Shown here: positions 1-11,900 of the stretch, piece after piece | Layout: the number at the start of each line of letters is the position of its first letter | How positions within the stretch are numbered: the first letter of the stretch is position 1 | Assembly: GCA_002189035.1 (NCBI GenBank) | Contig: NEEC01000014.1 | Location: 2,356,001 to 2,420,000 of the forward strand | Direction: 5' to 3' | Length of the DNA: 64,000 bases | Origin: Utricularia gibba | Taxonomy: Eukaryota > Plantae > Magnoliophyta | Program-made: the position numbers and the translations under genes | The notes under the pieces: generated by a model | What the model was told of the DNA's origin: nothing | The model's database searches: none | Seen by the model: the letters and a program-made list of their open reading frames with translations, nothing else

Positions 1-431
1 GCGGCAGGTGGCGATATGGTTCCAGAACCAGAGGGCGAGGTCGAAGGGGAGGCAGATGGAGCGAGACCTGGATGTGCTCAAGTCCAACTATGATCACCTG
101 GTCTTGGGCTTCCAGGATCTTAGGAAGGAGAACCAACTTCTTCTGCTTCAGGTATCATCCATCACCCAAAAAGTGAACGAACTACTTTTCACAAATCAAT
201 TAACGGAGATGGCAAACCGCGCAGGTGCAGAGACTCAGGGAAATGGAGGAAGACGACTCCAAGAATCACAGGACATCGGGAGCCAGGGAAAACCCTGGAT
301 TTCTAGGAGAACCAAGCAGTGAGATGGTGGAGGCTAAGTATCATCTGGATGCAGGATGTTACCTTCACGAGGGTTCCTTTGGTGATGGATGTAGTTTCCA
401 GACTCACGATTCCCAATGGTGGGATTTCTGA
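1..431 (+). CDS. HD-Zip class I homeobox-leucine zipper protein (ATHB7/ATHB12-like), 3' part only
   Basis: Homeodomain helix 3 WFQNQRAR followed by a leucine zipper (ERDLDVLKSNYDHL...LRKENQLLLLQ). Intron 152-224 (GT..AG). Last exon ends with the Trp-rich SQWWDF tail typical of ATHB7/12. Confidence 0.85.
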
Positions 432-616
432 TGCTGAGTTGTTATTGAGGGCTAATATTTATTTCAATTCGTAAAAGATAGAAAATGCTATGCACCCTGA
501 ATACAAGATCGTTCACTTCTATCCAGCAGTGCCCTTCTTCACCCTGAAACGCATTGCATCAACAAGCATCCAACTTCTGACTGTAGTAAGGAAGTCCGAG
601 TCCTCAGTTACACTAT

Positions 617-1965
617 TTAATTCTCTGTCTTCACTTTGGTTTCATCACCATTGGGCAGTATGTTCTGTGCATCTGATGATCGCTGGGCCTCCTGTAGAAG
701 ATGCCAAATCTAAGAACTTATCCAAATACACTCCCAATCGGGTAGAAGGATTCTCTCATGCGTATCTACATTGAAGAATCAGTTCTATAAATAAGTTCCA
801 TGTTAGGGAGGCACATCTCCACCAGTGCCTTATGTGTACGCCATTAAAGCAAAGGATTTTAGTCAATGGAATACATCCGGCAATACCAAAAGGATTACGT
901 ATTAAAGTGAATCGTTCAATGAAAAGGCATAGTATCATCAACCAGAAATAACTCACCGCAGCAGAAGAAGCACGGATTTTTCTATAAGCTTCAACCTCAT
1001 CAGGGAATGCTTGCTCTAGTTCCTCAAGGAGGTGCCTTCGCATGCCCTGTATCAAAGTAAATTGTTCCTACTCATTCACACGTGAGTTTCAGATAACAAG
1101 TAAACAACGCTTGTTCAACTTCATTTGGAATGATCGTATAGCGATTGGGGGGAAAATTATGAAAGACACTCTTGGTCAAAAGGGACCCTCTCCACTTTCA
1201 CGTCAAGACCATAGAATGCATCCGCAGGTAAAAGTAGAAGTGATAGAAACACCAACCTTGAATGCATCAGACTTCCCTTTAGTTATCTGATTCTTTAGGA
1301 TGGAGCTATTCAATACATCCCTTGTAAATTCATCTGGGTTCTTCCCGTCATCTATCAAACTGTATTCCAATCACTGACTCCTTTAAGGGGCTCCCAAATC
1401 GTACAAACAAAGCAATCCTTCAACTGAAATAGTAAAAAGTGAGGAATCTTACCTCAGAACCCCTGTGGGCACTTCAATGTGGCATTTCTCCGCCAGTCGG
1501 GACACATTATCCAGCTCCAAAACTAAATTGTTCCTTGAAATCAAGAAAATAAACCATTCCCAATCCAAATTACCAAAACAACCAGACCTTAAATCACCTT
1601 ATCTAGACAAGTAAACTAGTTTCATCAGATACAAACCAATGAAAATAATAAATCCCAGCCGAGTTCCAGTAAAGGAAACATACACCGAGGGGCCAAAGAT
1701 ACGCAATTAATCAAAGAGAAATCACATACATTCTCTGGAGAAATGGAAGTTGTGAGGCGGCACTGTACGAGGAAACGATGAGATGGAGCTGGTGGAGAAT
1801 CGCTAGGGTTTTCTGTATGGAATTTATGACTAGATTCAGGTTTTGCTTCTGATCATCCGCAGGGGTTCCGGCGGTAGTTGCGGAAGATTCCATCGGTGAC
1901 GCCTCTTCAGGTTGAGCAATCATCATTCCATTCCCTCCGGCCGCCGCTGTCGCCGATGAATCCAT
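617..1965 (-). CDS. MED10: Mediator of RNA polymerase II transcription subunit 10
   Basis: Exons 1965-1730, 1533-1453, 1360-1257, 1046-957 and 691-617 splice in frame. Product contains NLNLVINSIQKTLAILHQL, LIDDGKNPDEFTRDVLN and HLLEELEQAFPDEVEAYRKIRASSAAE, matching plant MED10. An alternative in-frame ATG lies at 1977. Confidence 0.93.
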
Positions 1966-2303
1966 ACAGTCAGTCATGCATGGAAGATGGTCACCAATGA
2001 AGACGGTTACTAAATAAATCGCCATTTATTTCAAAAAATTCGATAATTAACATATAATTTAATGGATTAATTGACATTTAATTTACTGACAAATATTTGA
2101 AGAAAAAAAATGTATTTATGGAAATATTATCAATTTCCCATATTGAGGAGTAAGATGATTTCTTCTCACCTTGGATTTTTTCGCCTTTTTATCATAATTA
2201 TTGATTATCCAAAAATTGGAAAAAAATAGCAAAATTCAGAAATTATGTTGGAGGTTGGTTAATATCCCCGGTGCCGGTCGGCGGGATTCCAGAATCAGCA
2301 AAC

Positions 2304-5300
2304 ATGAGGCTTGTGAAGGTGGCAACCTGCAGTTTGAATCAATGGGCGATGGATTTCGACTGCAATCTTAAGAACATCAAGGAGTCGATTTCCAGGGCTA
2401 AGGAAGCGGGTGCGGTTATTCGCCTCGGCCCAGAGCTTGAGATTACGGGCTATGGCTGCGAAGACCATTTTCTGGAACTCGACACTGTCAATCATGCGTA
2501 GGTCTATAATATTAGTGTTGTTCTTTGAATTCCATTGATGAAGCTGCTGGATGGTTTGCCTTTGTAGTTAGTGAATTTTGGTTGCCTAAGGTCAGGAAGT
2601 AGTTAATTTCGTTGGCGTGGGGTATTTTTTGCAATCCCATTTGGCATTCGAGGCCTTGTCGCCCGTTGGTTGTATCAAAATCCTCACTTGCGATTTTTGC
2701 ATATTCATTGCTATGGAAAGAAGGAATCTTGTTTTTATACATAATCAGAATTAAATTAAAACTTTGTTTGCAACGAGCTTACGAATTGCCCGATGGATTT
2801 TAGGTGGGACTGCTTGAAGGACCTACTGCTTGGTGATTGGACAGATGGCATACTATGCAGTTTTGGAATGCCTGTGATCAAAGGCTCAGAGCGTTATAAT
2901 TGTCAGGTGCTCTGCTTTAACAGGAAGATTGTGATGATACGCCCCAAGATGTGGCTTGCAAATGATGGAAATTATAGGGAGCTTAGATGGTTTACAGGAT
3001 GGAAGCGAAAAGAGTATCTTGAAGACTTCTTGCTCCCAAGCGCTATATCTGAGGCCCTTGGACAAAAGACAGCCCCTTTTGGATATGGATATATTCAGTT
3101 TCTGGACACGTAATTTCCCTGCAATATTTTTGTTTTCTTAAATTTGCTATCCTGCAAGAACTTATTCCCGTTGTTATTCAACCCATTGCCTCCTTGCGCA
3201 TTCTGTCACAAGTCTTCTCTGGAGGAGTCAATATTTGTTTTTTATATGCAAAAAGACCGTGTCATGGGGACTTGTCGTGGGTTTTTTGTGCCATGTTACC
3301 GTTTCTACAAATTGCATCATTGGGTATTTGTGAGACATTGGATCTCATCTTCTGAGATGGCATGCTACACATTTTTACGCAGAGGTGTTGCAGCTGAAGT
3401 GTGTGAAGAACTCTTTTGCCCCATGCCACCTCATGCTGAGCTTTCCCTGAATGGTGTTGAGGTTTTTATGAATGCCAGTGGAAGCCATCATCAACTAAGA
3501 AAGCTTGATCTTCGCCTTCGTGCATTTATAGGTGCCACACATATGCGTGGTGGAGTTTATATGTATGCTAATCAGCAAGGATGCGATGGAGGGCGCCTTT
3601 ACTATGGTGGGTTGGATATTCAATTTAAATGGTCATGTTTATGTCAGTGAATGGCGATAATCTTTATTTTTTTGGATTCTCTTTAAGTGCCATTGTTTGG
3701 GCAGATGGATGTTCCTGTGTCGTTGTGAATGGAGATGTGGTTGGCCAAGGCTCACAGTTCTCCCTGAAGGATGTTGAGTTGGTTGTTGCGCAGATTGATC
3801 TCGATGCTGTATGTTACTTTCTAAATACCTTTGCTCACACGGGCAATTGGTTTTTTTTTTTTTTTCCTTTCACTCCTTTCAGTTATGAAAACTTGAGAAT
3901 GTTATCATATTTTCTGATTTTTTTATGGTTTTTTTGGAAGGCCATTGAAATTCTTTTTGTTGCACAGATTTTTCGTCAAACTAGCCGAATCTGCATGAAA
4001 TTCAAGAGAATATTGATCTTGAGAAATTGTCAACTTTAAATCTGCGGTGGCTGATGTCATTTGCTATTGTTATGATTTCAGGTTGCCAGTCTAAGAGGAT
4101 CTATTAGTAGCTTTCAGGAACAAGCTGGTCTCAAAGAAAAGGTTTCATCAGTTGAAGTACCTTACAAGCTTTGCCAGACTTTTAATATTCAGATGTCACT
4201 TTCAAGCCCACTCGAGGTCAAGATTCTTCCATTTTTATTTAATCTAACCAGAAATTCTTGAACCTTTCTGAGCATGAACCCGAGGCTTTTGAAATCTCCA
4301 AGCCAAGAGTCAGTGCATAATTATGAATAATACTTTGATTGCATTTTAAATGCTGTTTTTAACTATTTTCCTACCTGTATTCTTGAAATCTTTCAAGTTT
4401 CAGCTTCATACACGTTTTTTCCTAAATTAAAACCTTTATAGTTATTCAGATACGTTATCATTCTCCTGAAGAGGAAATAGCTTATGGGCCTAGCTGCTGG
4501 TTATGGGATTACTTGAGAAGATCTGGCGCTTCTGGGTTTCTACTTCCACTTTCAGGTGGAGCAGATAGCTCTTCTGTAGCTGCGATAGTTGGATGCATGT
4601 GCCAGCAAGTGGTAAAAGGTCAGTTTACTATTGAACTGTTGCTGATTTTGGGATTTTTTCCCCACAACTTAATGATTAACCGTTTCATCCAGTGAAATTA
4701 TAGTGGGTCATATCACTCATGGTCCGGTTGGATCATAAGTAGAAAAGTTCAGTTTCTTTCCGTTTTCTATTGCTTGTATTTACAAGTGCAGGAGAACAAT
4801 ACAATTTCCACATACATAAGATATTTCTCATACCAAATTTCAGATTTAGTACAATAGGCTGGGTGTTTACACATTGGTTTTTTCTTGACCAATGCTTCTT
4901 TATTGCTAATTTTCTCTTGGGTCCATTAAATTTAATCCCTCAACAATCTGCCACCAATTAGTAGGATCATTGAAACCTTGATGTGCCTTATATCACGCTT
5001 TGGATAGAAATGGTGGTTGTTTTAATGCATTAACTTGTGCAGATATCGCAAATGGTGATGAAAAAGTTAAAGCAGATGCTATAAGAATTGGTCTTTACTC
5101 TGATGGAAACTTCCCAGTGGACAGCAAGGAATTCGCTAGGCGTATATTCTATACAGTTTTTATGGGATCTGAAAATAGGCAAGTTTATATTGATCAGTGT
5201 CTTAGTAGGATGTTCTTTGTCATTGTAAGCTTCAAGTCATCTGTTTCCAGACATTACATGTTAGATTCCTGAGGATCAAGTCAATCTCACTGCCTTACTT

Positions 5301-7155
5301 TTTTTTTTTTTTTTGCAGTGGTTTATATAATTTTTTGTTTTCCAGTGAAATTTTGTATTAGTTGAGTAGCATCTATGGCACAATGTGTGCCGATGCTGAC
5401 AAAAAAGTTTTTTGGATAAACCAAGCTCCTGTGTTTTATAGTTCTACTGCGACAAGGACAAGGGCAAAGGTTCTTGCAGAAGAAATTGGATCATGGCACT
5501 TGTATCTTTCCATAGATGGAGTGGTTTCTTCTCTACTTTCCTTATTTCGGGCACTTACTGGAAAACAACCTCGTTACAAGGTGCGAATATAAGGTATATA
5601 TATTGGCATGCACCTCAAATGTATACGCTTGTGTCTTAGTTCTTTTTTTTTTTTCCGTTCTCAGGTTGATGGAGGGTCAAACATTGAAAATTTAGGATTG
5701 CAAAATATTCAAGCTCGCATCAGAATGGTTATAGCATTCATGCTGGCATCACTGTTACCGTGGGTTCATGGGAAGTCAGGGTTTTATCTAGTGTTGGGAA
5801 GCTCCAATGTAGATGAAGCATTACGTGGTTACCTTACTAAGGTATTACATTGTCAGTGTAACTAGAAAACTTTTCTGAACCTTATTATTCTAGAACTCAA
5901 GTTTCACTTCCAATTTGGGAGCTTGTAAAAAATTTGAGAGAATTGTGTAGGCTGTTGGATAGAACTCTTTTCAATGCTTTCAACTGGCTGACTGCAGTAT
6001 TCTGTGTATGTGATGGCTTTTAGACTCAGTCTCTTCATGGCTTGTGGTGTATGCAGTACGATTGCAGTGCTGCTGATATAAATCCAATTGGAAGTATTAG
6101 CAAGCAGGACCTTCGAAGTTTTCTAAGATGGGCTTCTGTTCATCTAGGTTACTCATCTTTGGCCGAGATCGAAGCTGCTCCACCCACTGCTGAGTTGGAG
6201 CCGATACGATCCAACTACAGCCAGGTATTTTCACCTGAAATACAGAACTTCTCCACATGTCTTGTTTTGATGAGTTTAACTGTTTTAAAAAAAATAAAAA
6301 CAACATGACTGGATACAAGAGGCAATAAGTTTTTTACATCATCAAGTGACTCCAAAAGCTTCTTTACATCATCAAGTGATTCCATAGATTCAGAAGCAAC
6401 TGCTTGTGTTTCTTTGAAGCTGGATGAGGTGGACATGGGAATGACATATGAAGAGCTCTCTGCTTATGGAAGACTGAGGAAGATTTTCCGGTGCGGACCC
6501 GTATCCATGTTCAAGGTTCGTTTCAAATCACAAGTCTTGATCCTTGTAACTTAGCCATTCTACTGCACCACATTTCCATGAATGCTGCACCTAGTGTTTG
6601 GACAGAAGATTGTACCTCTGTTTTCTTTCTTTAAAATAAGACTGAGCATTCTCATGCGATGGCTGTCTTGGTGCTCGTGCACTTCACACTCTTGACCTAC
6701 GTTTTGCTTCTTCGCGAAGAACCTGTGCTACAAATGGGGAAGCACCCTCAGCCCTACTGAAATAGCCGACAAGGTGAAGCATTTCTTCAAGTACTATTCA
6801 ATCAACAGGCACAAGATGACTGTTCTGACGCCTTCATACCATGCTGAGGTACTTTTTCAATCAATCAATTCCATGCATCCTCACGTGGGTATCATTTTTG
6901 AGGAGTTTGCATGAAACCTTTTGGCAGAGTTACTCACCCGAGGACAACAGGTTCGATCTCCGGCAGTTCCTCTACAACTCAAGATGGCCATTCCAGTTCA
7001 GAGAGATCGATGAACTCGTGCAGCAACTCGATGGGGACAGAGTAGCAGCTGCTCCCAAATCCGATGACCAGGAAGGCTCGGCGCTTGCCGCCGGCACTGG
7101 CACCGGAATAGGCATCGTGGCCGCCGGTTCCAGTAATCCAAGCGCTGGCTTCTAG
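2304..7155 (+). CDS. QNS1: Glutamine-dependent NAD+ synthetase (nitrilase domain + NAD synthetase domain)
   Basis: [78 protein letters not shown] and [12 protein letters not shown] across a multi-exon gene with in-frame splice junctions. Confidence 0.97.
6333..6384. repeat. Two copies of a 22-bp sequence, 30-bp period, inside a QNS1 intron
   Basis: tttacatcatcaagtgactcca (6333-6354) and tttacatcatcaagtgattcca (6363-6384). Confidence 0.85.
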
Positions 7156-7560
7156 CCGGCTACAGGTCATCTGTTCACACCTTTTACCACACCGTTGCTG
7201 GTCTTGCAGCTAAGCTGGACCTAAATAAATTGTCATTGAAGGTATCTTCTCATCTCTAAACCATTACAAAATTATTACTGTTAAAAAATGCATTATTATT
7301 TTGATCCTTTCTTTTTTTTCTTTAAAAAAAATTCCATATCATAAAGTTTGAAATAGGCAGGGCTTGAAATGGTAAATGGTCCTGCTCCCAGAACTACTAA
7401 TGATCCCACATCGGAATTCAATTTCGTTTTTTATTTTTGTTGTGTTTGGGATATAGTTCCGTACACACAGAAGTATATATAACATGTACGTAGTGATTTA
7501 ATGAAGACATTGAATTAGATGCGAGGTTTTTAATGAAGGCCCTTCCCTTCTTCTTGTGGC

Positions 7561-7588
7561 GACAGGACAGGACAGGACAGGACACGAC
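7561..7588. repeat. (GACAG)n pentanucleotide microsatellite
   Basis: gacag x4 followed by gacac and gac. Confidence 0.85.
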
Positions 7589-8061
7589 GCCACCACAATG
7601 CCGACTTCTCTTCCAGGGCTCGGCTCCGCCCGGCTCGGCGCATTAATGGCGCTTCTTCCCGAACAAAATTAAATACCCGGTCCAGAAAAACAGAAAGAAA
7701 CCTTCATCCAATGTATGGTCGATTTTATTTCCTAGTTTTCAAACATTTATAACTAAAATAGGGGACCTTATACGCATCTACCTTCTTCATCCAATTCTCA
7801 AGGTTATATGTTACTACAAGATCATGCATCCCTTAACTTTAGAATTCATATGAATTAAGTTTGTAGTATGTATGACTTATTTTATAATTTATGATTTAAA
7901 TTAAAAATAAAAATAAGTATTTTTTATATAATATTTCTATTTATTTTAAAATTTAACTTCTACTTCTATTTTTAATTATTCTTAATTTATTTCAATTTCA
8001 ACGATTTCAACTACTTATCACACAAGTTGAAAAAAATAAATTATACAATAACATTTACTTA

Positions 8062-8356
8062 TGAGTTAAATAGAAGTTATTGATTAAGTCAAACAGACTA
8101 CAACTTAAACTAAAAAATTTGTACAATATTTATATAATTATTCTTTATAAATAAAAGGTTGAGAGAGACTATGAGGTATTTCGTATTCTTAATTCGATTC
8201 TACTGAGTTAAATAGAAGTTATTGATTAAGTTAAACAGACTACATTTTAAATTACATCATGTTTAGAAAAAAAAATTTGTACAAGATTTGTTATTCTTTA
8301 TGAATAAAGGGTTGTTAGAGACTATGAGGTATTTCGTATTCTTAATTTGATTCTAC
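8062..8356. repeat. Tandem duplication of about 142-153 bp upstream of the HD-Zip IV gene
   Basis: Both copies start tgagttaaatagaagttattgattaagt (8062 and 8204) and end gagactatgaggtatttcgtattcttaatt(c/t)gattctac (8203 and 8356). Confidence 0.9.
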
Positions 8357-8570
8357 AGTGTGGATCACATCATCCAACTTATGTTTCGTTAACGAACGAG
8401 AACTCAACCTTGCTAAGTCAAGTAACTAGGTATCAAGTTTGAGATGGTGGCAAATCTTATGAGCATACCCAAAATCTTGATAGGGGAGGTAGAAGCGGAA
8501 GCTAAGAGGAGATTGGGGTTTGACTTTGACTTAACTGGGCTCAGTCCTACGAGAAAACGCGCTTTCAAGA

Positions 8571-8581
8571 CGCCACGTGTC
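8571..8581 (+). promoter_or_regulatory. G-box/ABRE-like element in the HD-Zip IV promoter
   Basis: GCCACGTGTC about 410 bp upstream of the ATG. Motif match only. Confidence 0.4.
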
Positions 8582-8800
8582 CGAGGTATCCCCACCGCTG
8601 CAAGCAAGCAGGCTCATCCCATCGGTGCTCCTCTCATCCGTCCGCAGTAAAAGCTCCACTGTAAGAAAAAAAATATTGTAATAAAAAAAGGGGTTCATAT
8701 TTACTGTTGCAATGTGGGGAGAGCATTAAACGCAGCCCCGATCCAGAGAAGCAGAAAGCGATCCAAAAAAGAGAATCAACAGCTCTGGAAGGGAAACCCA

Positions 8801-8821
8801 AAGAAGAAGAAGAAGAAGAAG
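8801..8821 (+). repeat. (AAG)7 microsatellite in the HD-Zip IV leader region
   Basis: Seven consecutive aag units. Confidence 0.85.
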
Positions 8822-8983
8822 GTGGAGAAAAATTCATTCACCAGTTCTAGGGTTTCTTCAAATCTGGGTTTTCTTTCTTTCTCTCTGGGTTCTAGAGAAA
8901 GGCATTCACTCTTAGTTGATCTTGTTCATCACCCAACAAGCTTGCTGATATTTCTGGTGTTGCAGGTTGAAGCTGAAGAGAAA

Positions 8984-11900
8984 ATGTATGGAGATTGTCA
9001 AGTCCTGTCCACAATGGGAACAAACTCTATCCCCATTTCTTCAGACAGTCACCACCTCTACCCTTCTTCTCTCCAAAACACCAACTTCAGTTTCATGGCG
9101 AACATCAACCCGTTCAACATCTTTTCTCCCATCACCCCAGTGCGTCTTTGTATCTTTTTTGACACACAGTTACATCATCTCAGGTTTAGGGCGAGAAATT
9201 GTCGCCACACACGCATCTGCTTTTCGTTGACATTGCTTTTTGATTTTGTGTCAGAAAGAGGAGAAGGGGATCTCCAAGAGCAAAGAAGACATTTTGGAAA
9301 GTGCATCAGGAAGCGAACACCTTGAAGGGGCTTCTGCGAACGAGCAGGAGGCCGATGAACAGCAGCCTCCGGCGAAGAAGAAACGCTACCACCGCCACAC
9401 CGCACGCCAGATCCACGAAATGGAAGCGTAAGCTCAGATTACCAACCCCTTTCTTTTTACAGATAACGTACGTGAAAAGCACTACACTGCTGTTTCCCAT
9501 GGAGATCCACCGCTGCATTCCACTCCATTTCGGAACTAGAACCAAACGTTGTTTCAAATTTCCCTTCTTTCTTTTCTAGTAGAATTGTGTGCAATTTTCT
9601 TGTGTTACAGATTGTTCAAGGAATGCCCACATCCAGATGATAAACAGAGACTGAAACTCAGCCAAGATCTTGGGTTAAAACCGCGGCAAGTGAAGTTCTG
9701 GTTCCAGAATCGTCGAACCCAGATGAAGGTAAACCAAGTCACTCATCTAAGCTTCAATATTCTATAAAAAATAAAATAAAATACGAACCCTAAATTTCAT
9801 TTTTATAACTTTAAAACTTATTTTAGAAATTTTGTTTATTCTTGTCATACATAAGATAACAGAATTAAATAAGTAATAAATAACTGGAACAAGATAGATA
9901 TAGCGAGAGTTGAGGGAAAAAAATAGCTTTTTTTGTCATTAAAGTTCCAAAACCTTTTCATGGACAACTGGGGGGAATGTATCATCATGGAGGGAACCCT
10001 ACGGCGTAGTTTAAGGGGCGCACGTTAGCGACGAAGGGCATTAACTTGGGGTTGCTTTCAACTCCTGCGCCACCATTAAATGTGCATTGTTGGCGTTGTG
10101 CAGTCAACCCTACCTTCCACCCTGCTCCTGCAGCGCCATCCCTCTTCCGGGGAACACTTCTTTAATGCCTAGTTATTAGGGTTTGCCCCCCTCCTCCTAC
10201 CACCCACGTCGAGCAAAACAAAAAACCCGGTCCGGGCTGTCGTAGCTCGAGATGAGCTGCGACCCTACTGTTTGTATAGTAACATTTGAAACAAATGTAT
10301 GTTTCTTGATCATGTGATTTAGTTTTTTGTGTGTTTTGGTGATGGTGATTAGGCTCAACAAGACAGGCAAGACAATGTTGTACTAAGGGCTGAGAATGAG
10401 AGCTTGAAGAACGAGAACTATAGGCTCCAAGCAACGTTGAGAAATGTTGTTTGCCCTAACTGCGGTGGAGCAGCCATTCTTGGCGAAATGGGGTTCGATG
10501 AACAGCAGCTTCGCATCGAAAATGCCCGTCTCAAAGATGAGGTTAGAGCAGAAGTGTGTCAAAAAATACAGCGTTTATGACAGAATTACTGGACTGTACA
10601 TATTCATTCGTTGAAGATTCCTTGTCTACTTGAGTCCAAGTTTAGTATGCATGAGTGGGGGTGACATGGGTCTGTTCCCATGTATATGTCTTATCCGGGG
10701 AATATCTCTTGTTCACATGGTTGCATTTCCTGTGCAGTACGAGCGTATGTGCTGCCTGGTTTCGCAGTACACTGGTCGTTCGCTCCCGGCTCTCGGTCCG
10801 GGGCCTATCATGGCTCCTTCACTGGATCTAGATATGACTCCATTTTCAAGGAAGTTTGAGCAAGACAGTATCAGCAACTGCCCTTCTGATCATATGATGC
10901 CTCTTCCCTTCATGCCTGAGAATTCTCATTTTCCAACCAGTCCGTTGATTTTGGAGGAAGAGAAGTCATTGGCGTTGGAGCTCGCTGTGTCGTCCATGAA
11001 TGAATTAGTGAAGATGTGCACCACCGGGGAGCCACTTTGGGCCCGGTCTCCCGAGACCGGCAACCTTGTGCTCAATGTTGAAGAGTATAATAGGGTGTTT
11101 TCATGGAATGCCAAGCAGAATGCACCGGAATTCAGGATTGAGGCCACCAAGGAAACTGCTGTTGTTATAATGAATAGCATCACGCTTGTTGATGCGTTTC
11201 TTGATGCAGTAAGCTTTGAGTTAAATTCCTACATGCAGCATTACTTAATGATAATTCCTTTGAGTTGAATTGCTCTGATCATCTCAGAATAAATGGATGG
11301 AGCTCTTTCCTTCGATCATTTCACGGGCGAAAACCCTGCAAGTTGTGCACTCTGAGGTTTCTGAACATGCTAATGGCTCCCTTCATCTGGTACTGACTGA
11401 TCTTCTTCATTTTCCCGATTACAAAACTAGTCTTGTGCGCTCATCCTCGACAAACCTGCAGATGTACGCCGAACTGCAAGTGCTTTCTCCACTGGTGCCG
11501 ACCAGAGAGGCTCACTTCCTTCGTTACTGTCAACACAACGCAGAGGAGGGAACTTGGGCAATCGTTGATTTCCCCATTGACGGCTTCCAGAACATCTATC
11601 CACCTTCCTTTCCATACTACAGCCGGAGACCTTCTGGGTGTATCATTCAGGATATGCCGAATGGATACTCCAGGGTGATTAGATCAACCTCTCCATTTCT
11701 TCAAAATCAATAAAGAGTTGAGCCAAGCTTGGTGTAAAAGTCTGTTTCACTGATTTCAGGTGACTTGGATGGAGCATGTGGAAGTTGAGAATACTCCGAT
11801 TCATCATGTTTTGTCTAGTTTTGTGAGCAGTGGGACGGCATTCGGGGCTCGCCGTTGGTTGGTCGTTTTGCAGAGGCAATGTGAAAGGCTCGCTAGTCTC

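Noticed and set aside
3144-4039. 168-aa and 136-aa ORFs as separate genes
   Set aside because: They are QNS1 exons read through adjacent stop-free intron sequence.
7078-7155. Gly/Ala-rich QNS1 C-terminal tail as a novelty
   Set aside because: A similar G.G.VAAGS..P.AG tail is usual in plant NAD synthetases.
8714-9325. 203-aa ORF suggesting a non-AUG N-terminal extension of the HD-Zip IV protein
   Set aside because: It starts at GTG and runs through an AAG repeat, a pyrimidine-rich leader intron and intron 1. The conserved protein starts at 8984.
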